A stretch of 64,000 nucleotides of DNA from Tetramitus jugosus. Its lineage: Eukaryota; Protista; Heterolobosea. The translations under genes were made by a program, and so were the position numbers. The notes under the pieces were generated by a model, which did not search any database, was not told where the DNA came from, and saw nothing but the letters and a program-made list of their open reading frames with translations. Below are positions 35,468 through 46,349 of the stretch, in pieces (position 1 is the first letter of the stretch; every line of letters begins with the position of its first letter). The DNA is taken from NCBI GenBank assembly GCA_937625935.1, contig OW569375.1, forward strand, positions 401,874-465,873, read 5' to 3'.

Positions 35468-36630
35468 TTACAGAGCGGACATGATGAACTCGTAAAGGAA
35501 AAAGTTAATGGCCGCTCCAGGACCTACTCGAAGAATTTTGGCTGAGAGGCCAGAGTAGAGAGCTGAAAATCTGATAGAGAAGGAAGGTTTCAGAGTTTTG
35601 ATGTTGGCTTTGGAGTGTTTGTTGAAATTGGTACATACCCTTCTGTTCTGTAAATCTTTTGCAGAACGTGCAATGGACCAAGGATTGTTGAATTGTGGAG
35701 AACAGGATTCATAAAGGTGTCGTTTTGAATCCTTGTTTTCACGACATCAAGCGGATTGTTCGAAATGGAACCTATTGTTCCAGCCAAGAGCCCAGATAAG
35801 AAGAAACAGAGTTGATTCCAACCAGATAGGTATGATAGCAGGTTACTCTTCACAATTTGGTAAATGACAAAATAAACAGAAGAGAATACCATCTGTCGAT
35901 AACATGTAGCGGTATATCCTTTGAGGAATCCTACAATACCCTCTCCTCTGTATATTTTGGCCCAACAGTCCCATTCACTCTTGTACATTCTCTCCTATTG
36001 TTAGGAGTCAGAAAGAAGTCGACTTAAAGTTGAAACATTCGATGTACATACAATTCTGAGCTGGTCTGACATGATTGATATCTTTACGACTTCAAATGGA
36101 GTTAAAATGAGTGATTCTATTACACCTACTCCTAGACCTGCAAGAAAGTGATGCAAAATTGTAGCTCGAGCAGATCCGGTAATATTTACCAATACTTTGC
36201 TTAGCTGATAGAAAGACATCAGCTTTACAGCTCTCCAAGGCAAAGCACATAACAATGGAGCACCAACTCCTTTCCAAATGCTCCAGACACTAGGTCCCCG
36301 TTGAACTGCTTTGTCAGTCATGGCGTGATTAATGAAACGGAATCAAAGTGGAACACCATACCTACCACCCCTAGGGTGGACAATCGATCGAAGAGTTGAT
36401 CCAATATTCCTATCATCTCTGCTTCTCATCATCGCTCTGGTTTTGATCACATCCAAAGGATAAGTGCATACCACTTCAATCATGCCAGCGATCGCTCCGG
36501 CAATGATTTGCTTTCCAATCTCTGAGATTGTGGATGACTTGTTGATATCTTTGTCGTCCTTGCGCTCTTGAGCAGAAACGAGAATTAAACTTGCAAACAG
36601 CAGTATGAATGAAAGAAGGTTGATCGTCAT
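35468..36630 (-). CDS. Mitochondrial carrier family (SLC25) protein, 2-oxodicarboxylate-carrier-like, 4 exons
   Basis: Three carrier signatures PLDVIKTR, PFEVVKIS and PLDVVKTR; last exon FSALYSGLSAKILRVGPGAAINFFLYE* ends at 35468. Confidence 0.88.
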
Positions 36631-36747
36631 GATTTGGATTTGATTTTTGATCTGGCGTGATAATTTTATCAAGCAAAGTACAATCAAACCGGTTGTATAT
36701 TTTAATTTGTGGACATCCGAATTACAAGGCTGAATTACACGAAAAAA

Positions 36748-37779
36748 TTAAGCAGTCTTGCTCTTTGGGTTCTTCCTTGTGGCTGCTGGAGCGGTCTTGG
36801 TTGGTGCTGGAGCAACAGTAGTGCTGGAAATACCCTTGACATCAATCTTCTTTGCAGCAACTGGAGAACTGCGAGTGAAGAACTTGGCAGAGAATCTGTT
36901 GGAGAAGTAGAACAACCACAGAGCAATGAAACAAGTCTGGACAATCAACTCGGGAGTGAATTGAACAACAAGAGAAACCTTTCCTTGTTGGATTGTGTAG
37001 TTAAATGGTTCAAAATCAATGACCTGAGTGGAGACATAGTAGAAAATGGCAGCAAGCATTGGAATTTTGATGCCCAAGGTAGGTTGAGACAAAACTGTGC
37101 TTTCGACTGGTTGACCAACATATTGATTCTATAGAATAGTGTGAATAGGCAGAAAAAAATCAAAAGCGTGAGCAGTCAGATTTCGTCCATCAGCCAGTTC
37201 AAAACAGAAAACAGAAAACAGAAAATAGATGAAACTTACAGTGAAGAAAGGTCTCAGAATGGCTCCACCACAGGCAGACAATGTACCAATAAGGATAGGT
37301 GCAAACATGGAGTCAGGGTATTCCTTGACTGCAGAATTGACGGCTCCAATCACAATATTTCCAACAAACAATCCTTCGACAGCATAGGAAAACACTTCAA
37401 TCAATGGGAATGTGGTAATGAATCGAATGAGACCAAATGGGAAGTAAAGTGTCAAGATCCAAGTACTCATAAACAACACAATCATGTTATCATTGGACAA
37501 GAAGAGTTGAGGCTTTCCTTGAATGAGAGAATTAATGATCGAACCACCTAATCCAGTAGCAAAGACACACAGGAGACCAACAAGGAAGGGAATTTCCTTG
37601 ATCAAGTTTGTAGCTTTCAATTGTGAGAATCTTTCGTGAACAACGTTTGAAACAATGAATGCATGATTCAAAAAATAGAGCAAAAAAGTGGTGGTTGCAT
37701 CTAGAGAGGCCAATTTCTCAGAGATTTGAGTAATGTACGATTGAACGATCTGCAGGGTTTGTTCTTCTACAACTGCCAT
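36748..37779 (-). CDS. TRIC/TMEM38-type trimeric intracellular cation channel, 2 exons
   Basis: Two internal GG motifs ATGLGGSII...GKP and IGTLSACGGAIL; ~7 TM segments; intron ~37239-37132. Confidence 0.75.
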
Positions 37780-38057
37780 TTTGTTTTGTTGTTGTGGTAT
37801 AATGGGTGATGAGATGGTTTTGTTGATAATGTTTTTTTGTTTCAGGGCTTCTCTCTTGAGTGGATTGCGCCATTTCTGTTTCCCAGCAAGTCACGAGATA
37901 AGAATAGAACTTCATTTTCATCGCCAGTTTTCCCTCAACTACAATTAGAAAAAGTTCTGAACTCAAGAGATTTGGGTGTTTTGTCCGAAAAAAACTGTCA
38001 ACAAAAACGATTCCTGCCAGAATAATGCTCAACTCACCTCTTGCAGAAACAAGGGTC

Positions 38058-40606
38058 ATGTCCAGAAAAGGTCGAAAGAGAAAAAGAAAAATCTTGGCTT
38101 CAACAGGTGTGTCAGGAGAAGGTGCGTTCCTCTCGGAAAACTCCCCTCGTTGGACGTGTGACTCACTTGTTAGTGAATTTGTCAAACACGAGTACTCAAA
38201 GAACAACAAGACCGAGTTCATTGAAGATGATTTGGAGGTGCTTCGAAAAAATCAAATTTGTGTGTTAAGCGACTGGAAAAAATTGTCAAACAACTCCAAG
38301 AATGTAATGACGTCTAAGGCTGTCGCTCCAATCCCCGTGGTGTTGGCAGAACTCCTTGACTCGTTCTGTTCTCCAGGAAAAATGGTAAACTGGAGAGATC
38401 CAAGCTCAACATTGAACGTGTTGCTAAGAGAGTATCCACGAGACGAATATTTATCATTCAAGGTAGTCATCATTCCTTCGTATTCATTTACAGTTGCACG
38501 ACATGCTGACACCACTTTGCATAATAGTTGATTAAATCCATTGGTGGTGAGTTTCCTCTTGTCAATAGAGAGCAAATGGGAGATGTAATGTTTAAAGAAA
38601 CGCTCAAGAGATAAGAGATATAAGAACCGCCACTACAATGACAGACTGTTACATAATATCATGGTGTTAGGAGCAGGTCCAGGAACAGGAAAGTCCAGAG
38701 TCAATATGGAAGCTGTTGAAATGATGAAATCTGCCGCAAAGAGATTTTTAGTTGATGTTCAAGGCGAAGAGAGAAAACAAGCTGAGGAACTTTTGGAGTT
38801 ATTAAACTGTGCTGTATCCATCAATTTGACTTATGGGAACGGTTCTTCAATTGAAAGTGTTGATACTGACGATGGAAAATTCTCTTTGGGAAGAAGAATC
38901 ATTCACCAATATTTTGTTGGTAAAAGGGTAATCCTAAACCAATTTGATTCTTGGTTGGAAGGTAATTTGCCAACAATCTCAGAAGCGCTCGATGTTGTGA
39001 AAGAACATAAACAGAGGGAGCTTGGAGATAGGAACAAATTAGTGTTAATATATGTTGGAATTGATGAATACAACAAGTACAGCGAAGGATCACGGCAACA
39101 ATTTAGGCAGATGTTCAATACAGTTGGCGGTCTCATGTGTCACACTCCCAAACACATCTTCTTTCAACCATTATTCACAGGTATTGACAACCGAGACGTG
39201 GTGATGTTTACTAATTCGATGCACCGATATGTGTTCCTCGAGCCATCATTATTAGAATTCAAGAACTTGTGCCATATAGTTGAATCCCTAGTTGAATCAA
39301 CGGCCGAAAATGCTTCCTTTCTCAAAGACTGGCATCTTTCCAGGGATTTCAAACGAATGATGGCTGATACTGGCGGTCATCCACGAACATTTGAAGTCCT
39401 TTTAACGCAGTCCATCGAATTGTGCAAGCTAGTTCAGAAGACCATTACCTCGGCGCTTCTTCCAACACAACATCACCAACCATCAATTCGACTGTGGGAC
39501 AGTGTTGTCACTCAAATCTCACTCTCCTATCCGAAACAAGGATTCCATGTCTCACAACTGGAAGAATGCATGATCGATTCTGTTTTGGAAAGACCAATAA
39601 GTATACTAGGCGAAACTGCAACCAACAAATATAAGGTATTATACGAATTGGGGATGATAATGCTATCCCAAAGAGCAGATGGATTTTATGTAATAACTGT
39701 TCCTCTCATATGGTTCCACGTCTTCAAGCGTGATATCAGTTTCCAAACTTCTCAATTTCTCCTGGATGTTACTCAGCTTCTGTCACCAAGTGTTGACAGC
39801 AACCTTGCCTTTGAGAAATTTGTGGTCAACTTCAATCTTCTGATGAACAATATTCGAGTTGCAAGAGGTATCCATCAAATCACGTTGGGGGAATTGATTC
39901 GCGATGGAATTTTTCAGAATGAGGAGATGAAGCAATGGACTATCAAACTTCAAACTATGTCCTTCTGTTCTTCTAGTTATCAGTATAAAGGTAATAGCTT
40001 GGAAGTCATAGACATAGAGACTGATAAACCGATTGATTGGGAGAATGGTGAATATTTTGTGCACAATGCCCCAGGGGCGCCATTTGCTGACTTTTTCAAT
40101 GTTTTCCAGCTATCAAATTCTCAAGGCCGAATTGTACACCTGGGTCAAGTCAAACACAGATCTGCATCGGCCAAAACGGCAAATCCAACACTTACGATTC
40201 AAAAAATTGAGAAGGAACATCTAAAAGCCACACAAGATGATGAAAACCCCAAAGCTTTCCTTGACTCGTTCCAAGATTATGTTTTTGTCATGTACACCAT
40301 GCAGACTTTCCAGAAAACAGACTTTGACAAATTGCCTAAAAATACTGTCATTATTGACTCCAGCAACTTTAGCAAATATTTTGGAAGTATTTTGTCAACA
40401 AGAGCTGAATTAGAGTATATTGCCAATCAGCACTGCTATCCAAATCTTTTACCGATTTGATGGCTGTGTTGAATAATCAGCCTTTGTGTTATCACATTAG
40501 AGAGATGAGAGGAACACAAGCATTCAAAAGCTATGACGATTTGGTGAATCGTCTCAAGAAAAACCACCAAAAGTTCATCACAGAGAAGGACAGATTTCAT
40601 TTTTAA
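38058..40606 (+). pseudogene. Crinkler/RHS-like effector: small N-terminal domain + P-loop NTPase + PD-(D/E)xK nuclease + HhH-like tail, frameshifted twice
   Basis: Intron 38463-38527 gives ...YLSFK|LIKSIGGEFPLVNRE; Walker A GAGPGTGKS, Walker B YVGIDE, DTGGHPR, NAPGAPFADFF..QVKH. A 7-bp duplication at 38606-38619 and a shift near 40440 break the frame. Confidence 0.75.
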
Positions 40607-40826
40607 GGTGGCGGTTGTGAAGAAATTCCAAAGAGTTGAGACAATCATGTCATTCAGAGGTTTGAAGCACTTTTGTAAAGATTGGAGTTTGAGAACGAAA
40701 GAACCAGTGTCTCTTATTTCTTCTCGTCTTCTCCTGGATTATCATCAGAATCTGTAAATATCTGTCCTTCCTTCGAAGAATTCTCATACTTGCCCAGTTT
40801 TCAATTAACAAGCAGTTGTTGTTACT

Positions 40827-42665
40827 TTATTTTTGACTTGCAACTTCGAACCATTGATCAAATGTGAGACCATCAGGATCAGGTTTCTCTGTTTCTTTTG
40901 TCACTCCATACTCTGCCAACAGTCGTGTGATGGTATCGAGAATTTCAGAATTTGGAGATCTAATACCATATCTGTGGTAGGCTATGCGCAATGCGCTCAT
41001 ATAGGTATTGTGATAGTATTGATCATCGCTGAAAAAGAAGGGTGTTGGATCGGCGCCACACTCGATAAACCATCTCACCTTTTCGTAACTTCCTTCTGAA
41101 TAGGAAAAATTGGAGACTACACCCAAGAGTGGTGGAAAATTGGATGACCATCTTGTTCCACTACCGATCTTGTTTGGGTCTGCCCCATGATTGGAGAGGA
41201 ATTGGAACATTTTGAAGGTAAATCTATCAGAGCTCAGATAATCGAATACGGGTAGGTGAGAAACACTTCCACCAGCATCCAATAACAATTCCATGCATTG
41301 GATAATCTCGAGTTCTTCAGTGCATCTATGAGTCTCCAGTAGGGACAAAAACGGATCATTAATCGAATAATAATAATGATTTTCTTGGTCAACCACGGGT
41401 TTCATTCTTAATCCACGTGAGCACAAGTATTGTATCAACTCAAATGTCTTCGATGATGACTTAGATATGACAGCAGAAGTAAAGGCATGCTCTGATATGG
41501 ATGAAATTTCAATTTGATACTTCTCTATAATCGATTGAATCCAAGACAATTCGTAGTCAAAAATGGAGTGATAGCACTCATTATGGTACGCTGGACGACT
41601 CCCCAAAACTGAGACAAGCATTTCTTTTCGATTGGGCTCGTACACTTCTTCAAGAATGAGATCAATCATATCTAGACTGACAAATTCTTTGATGGCAACC
41701 GAAAGAGGTATAGAAGACATCAGTGTGTCTTCTGTCGTCACTGTTGAGTTGAAAAAGAGTTTCTTTTGAGTGGTCTTGTTCTGAATAATACCTTGGTTGT
41801 GCAAAGGAATAAACTCTCTCAAAACTTGCAAATTTTTCATCTTGATTGTGAGGAGAAGTGGTGCCTGACCATTTCCTTCTTCACTTGCATCAATATGATA
41901 TTGATTCACAAGTTGTTTGAGAAGAAGAATAATTCTTTGCACCAAAGAGTCAGCATCTTCACTGTTAACAGAAAGATCTTCCTTTGATCTTAATAGAATT
42001 CCACTGACGAAATAAAAAAGAAAGCTCTTGCTGCTATTCTTGGCGTTCCAGAGGATGGTTTCTTGACGCTGAATTCGCATCAACTCTTCCTCGTGCTCCT
42101 CGGATGAGTCACTAGTAAACGCACTCAAATTATTGTTCTTCACAGCTTCTTCAAACAATTGAAACATCTCTGAGATCGATTGTGCATCTCGCATTCGTTT
42201 CAAAATCTTAATCATATTGGTCCTCAACCGCCGAATCACACCACTAAAGAACAATTGTTTCAAACTGTTATAAATGGAATAGACAGCGTACTGACGACTG
42301 AAGTCTTCATCTGCTTCATCTATTTGATTGCTGTCATCATCATCATCATCGCTACTATCCATATCATGATGAGTTCTGCTGCGAGACTCAAATCGTCTCA
42401 AAAGTTCTTCTTGATTCTTCAAACGATTGCACAATTGACGAGTAATCTTGACCGTCTTTTTCTGATTCTCTGGCAGTTTCAAATAGGCAATCTCAGCCAT
42501 CAAGTAATAATTGAGTTGATTCATCCAGATGAACTTTGCATGATCAGATGCGGTCATCTGACCATGCAATGAAGGACATGTGAGAAGTAAGGAGCGTACA
42601 GCATGCAAATCAAGAAATGAAGTAATGTCATACAGACAATCGAACGGAAGACAAATGAGTGACAT
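40827..42665 (-). CDS. F-box + ankyrin-repeat protein
   Basis: MSLICLPFDCLYDITSFLD..VRSLLLTCPSL (F-box); ankyrin-like ends LLLDAGGSVS, FLSNHGADPN, WFIECGADP. Confidence 0.82.
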   Translation of the reverse strand: MSLICLPFDCLYDITSFLDLHAVRSLLLTCPSLHGQMTASDHAKFIWMNQLNYYLMAEIAYLKLPENQKKTVKITRQLCNRLKNQEELLRRFESRSRTHHDMDSSDDDDDDSNQIDEADEDFSRQYAVYSIYNSLKQLFFSGVIRRLRTNMIKILKRMRDAQSISEMFQLFEEAVKNNNLSAFTSDSSEEHEEELMRIQRQETILWNAKNSSKSFLFYFVSGILLRSKEDLSVNSEDADSLVQRIILLLKQLVNQYHIDASEEGNGQAPLLLTIKMKNLQVLREFIPLHNQGIIQNKTTQKKLFFNSTVTTEDTLMSSIPLSVAIKEFVSLDMIDLILEEVYEPNRKEMLVSVLGSRPAYHNECYHSIFDYELSWIQSIIEKYQIEISSISEHAFTSAVISKSSSKTFELIQYLCSRGLRMKPVVDQENHYYYSINDPFLSLLETHRCTEELEIIQCMELLLDAGGSVSHLPVFDYLSSDRFTFKMFQFLSNHGADPNKIGSGTRWSSNFPPLLGVVSNFSYSEGSYEKVRWFIECGADPTPFFFSDDQYYHNTYMSALRIAYHRYGIRSPNSEILDTITRLLAEYGVTKETEKPDPDGLTFDQWFEVASQK

Positions 42666-43284
42666 GTGTGAAAAGAGAGGACAACAAATTTGTTTGGTTT
42701 TGTTTTTGTTCGCTGCGATTTGTTCTTGTGAAAAAAGTTCCAAATAGCATGAAGTTGGGAAATTTTGAAGGCCTTCCAATTTCAAGAATGCAGCCTATTT
42801 GCTGGGGGTCCATTCACTTGGCAGAAAAGGGCTTTCGCTTCGATGGCATACAGCTTAAGCTGATAATCACCGAGTTGACATAATACTTATCACATGTTAG
42901 TCGAGAAGCACAATGTTTTCACAGTTTTGACCCCAGCTGCTTGACTTTGATTTTGTGAGGGACACACCAGCTGACTCAATCCCCCTTCAAGAGATTGTCA
43001 CTGCAACAGAGGCACACAACTGCAAAGCACTGGGGCAAAAGGTAACAATAAGACAACTGACTTCTTCGGCTCATCCACTGGATTGGAAAGGCGTTGATCC
43101 TCTTCTTGCCAACAAGTGACCAACTTGCTGCCCCCAACTTTCAAAGAATTGCTAACACAGAGATCGAATCATGTCAAGAGACCCAGATCACAGAGGAAGG
43201 AAAAACGATTCAACCAAGCAATTTCGATTAAAAGCTTCCCAAGATCATTGAACTTTGCTCCATAGTAACTGGCTCTCAGATTCT

Positions 43285-44700
43285 TCACTCTAGGTAGATG
43301 AAGTACCTTGCTCTCCTTCCAGCGTTGTCAGAGTATACATATGACTTTCTGCCAGATTTAGACAAGTACTTGTCATACAGTTCTTTGGTTTTAATACCAT
43401 TGATCTGTTTCTCATCAGCAATAAGGATAAAATGACTGTTTTTGCCCAATTGCATATTGTACTTCCGATCTGGATGTAGAAACTGCAGCATTTCATTGAC
43501 TAACTTTGTCACAATGAACATGAACTGGTAATGTGTAAATCTTCGCATGATATATCTCGCTCTACCAAATAGACCTTCCGACCTATTCGTCAGAAATAGT
43601 CTAGTGCTGAAGATCATTACCTTATTGTTCATGATATGGTTCATCTGATAAGTTATCAGCTTATTGATTCCAGTGACATTCATCTTCAACTCTTCGTACC
43701 CTTGATCTGTAATGCCAAATGATCCATCCAAGTACTTGGTTAGATCTCTCATTTCTTCGACAATGAGTAATGCTTGCTCCATACTGTCTTTCTGATCATA
43801 TCCATTCCCTCCTGCACAATGTAACCTGTGCAAGTGATCTTTGGTGTAAAACTACTGCACCGAAATGTAAGATGTTCAAAACTGTGTCTCTTAATATACA
43901 GGGAGAACTTCAGAGAGAAATTAGTACCCTTCTGTGGATCAACCAATTCTATACGATATCCACCCTCTAACTTATCATCGAAGTATGCAGACAGCCGTCT
44001 TTTGTGATACGAGCTTCGAAAAATGGATCTGGACGATTCCCTTTCAAGATCAGAAGATTAAAGTCTTCTCCCACATCAGATATCTCAACTGATAAAGTTA
44101 AGACCTGGGTGATGTATCTTGCTGTTGTACTGATCCGTATTACTGCAATGGCATTAACACTGATCTATGATGTTTCGCGTCTGAAAGTAATACATTACTA
44201 AACGTCTTAGAGAGATGACACACACAGCTTACTCCAGATATATCGAACTCTTGAGTTACAGTTCTCACTACTTCTGCATTAGCTCCATCTGAATTGATCG
44301 CCTGTACGTTGGTACTGTTCTCTCTGCATACATTCATTGTATCACGAAGCGCTTACACATGCAGCAACAATACCAAAGCTGTTCGAAGAATGGCAAAGCA
44401 GAACTACAGTTGCTTTTCTTGCCAAGTGTTCCAGTGCCTTCAAATTAGTGAAGATCCGTTCCTGCAGTACATCATTCGAACTGAGTGCAGCGAGCTTAAA
44501 TTGAACTCTATACTCGTGTCACTCCGGGGTGATGTGTCACATGACCATTACTATTGTATGAGCCACAACTGCGTCCAGAGATCGTAATGGGCAGATGAGG
44601 CATAAGGATGATACTTGCAGGATCCAGAGTCAAGAATTCCAAGGCAGAATTCATCCTTCTAATTGCAATGAGCATCACCATTCCGGAGATTTCAAGTTCC
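43285..44700 (-). mobile_element. Degenerate P-element-like DDE transposase relic
   Basis: Fragments in changing frames, in P/THAP9 order: SLDAVV (first D), AINSDGANA (second D), CVCHLSKTFSNVLL (x-x-x-H-L-x-K-x-x-x-N motif), FGITDQGYEELKMNV, STRLFLTNRSEGLFGRAR (catalytic E helix); several stops. No TIRs identified. Confidence 0.55.
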
Positions 44701-44759
44701 TTTCGAGGCTTTGAAAAACACATACTATCAAAACATAAGAGCTCAATATATTCATGCCA

Positions 44760-46218
44760 CACCTTGTAAAGCCATATCATTACAAAAGGAGTGGCTGGGT
44801 GTGAATATACCCACGACTCAGTACGACCCGACCGTCTACAGCTATGATTCCATGGTGGAAGCTCTCGTCTCTCTCAACATCTCTCACGTCAGAGTACCTG
44901 TTCAATGGTGGTGGTTAGAACCTGTGAATGGTACCATGTCTCAATTGTATTTGGATCGACTAGATTCCATTATGCAGAAATTTTCTGTGGCACATGTCAA
45001 GACCTTGTTCTTCTTTGTTGGATCACCTGTATGGCTCACGACAGATCCGTTGAAACAAGTGGATACATATCCACCTGCGGATTATAACTTGTACTATGAT
45101 AGAGTGAAATTTCTGATTAATCGATATGAGTCACTGGGACTTGATTCGATTCAAATTTGGAATGAGGTAAACATTCCTGGTTTCTGGAGACCTAAAGAAG
45201 ACCCTGCAGCCTACTCTGAACTACTAAGAGGCTCATACAACATGGTCAAGTCCATGAATCAGACACATGTTAAAGTTGTGATGGCAGGTATGGCCTACTT
45301 CAGCGAAATGCCCAACTACAACTACGATTGGATGCTCAGAGTACTTAGAGACAATGGAAGTTTTAGTTATTGTGATGCTGTTGCATATCATCCATATTAT
45401 TTCACTCCAGAAGGTAATGATCCAAACGATCTGTTCTCCTTTGAAGACAAGGCCACCTTGGTCAACTCCAATTTGAATGGGAAGAGTGTATGGGCAACAG
45501 AATGGGGCTGGTCAACCTACACTACCAATATGGAGGAACAACCTTTCATTACCGAGTTGCAGCAAGGCGATTATATCTTGAAGAGAATGACTATGCTCAT
45601 GCACTTGTGTTTTGATAGAGTGTACCAATTCACTCTACATGATCTATCAAATGGTGTTGGTGGTAGAGACGAGTTTTATGGAATGTTGAGAGCAACTCAA
45701 GATGGTTCCATCGTGGGCAAGCCTTCCTACTTGCCATGCGAAACTTTTTATCCTTTATCAGCAATAGTAGTGATAACACTATTTTGGAGCCTGTGGATCC
45801 CATTAAACCAGAAGTCGAACCTGGTAACATGCACTCTCTTACAGTTAAAGATTCAAGTTCTGGTTCTATTTTCTGGTTCTATTGGGCCAATAGAGAACTC
45901 AATGTAACTATTAAGCTGAACACAACAATGATATTAGGCTCCTACACTGACACACCACAAATTCAGATGACTTTTTATGAACCGTTGAATGGAACCAGTG
46001 TTATTCAAGTATTGAATACGACCACTTCGAAGCGTGAAGTGTCCGTGGAAGTGAAGGTGTGGACAGGACTGAGAATAGTCAAAATTTCTCAAGCTCAGCA
46101 GAATCAAGCTCAACAGAGTGAAGTCCAGCAGAGTGAAGTTTCGCAAGCGGCCCTTAGTACCACACAACACCATTTTATTCTTGCCGTGTTGCTGTGTTTA
46201 TTCATTTTCTTGTACTAG
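44760..46218 (+). pseudogene. PslG-like GH39/GH5-clan glycoside hydrolase with GPI-type tail; 5'-truncated and frameshifted
   Basis: LGVN, VGSP, YPP.D, QIWNEVNIPGFWRPKEDP, AGMAYFSEMP, YHPY..PEGN, WATEWGWSTY, QGDYILKRM, FTLHDL. A 1-nt loss at ~45731 separates KPSY from AMRNFL; hydrophobic C-terminus HFILAVLLCLFIFLY; no ATG or signal peptide before the domain. Confidence 0.8.
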
Positions 46219-46349
46219 AAGAATGTTGGCTCGTACAAAGTGGCAGGAACTTCAATAAATCTCAAGATTGCTCAAGTTCATCCCGTACCAATCTTTTTTA
46301 TGGGTGTGTGTTGTTGGCGTTAATTTTTGAATTGGAAACAAAACAAACA

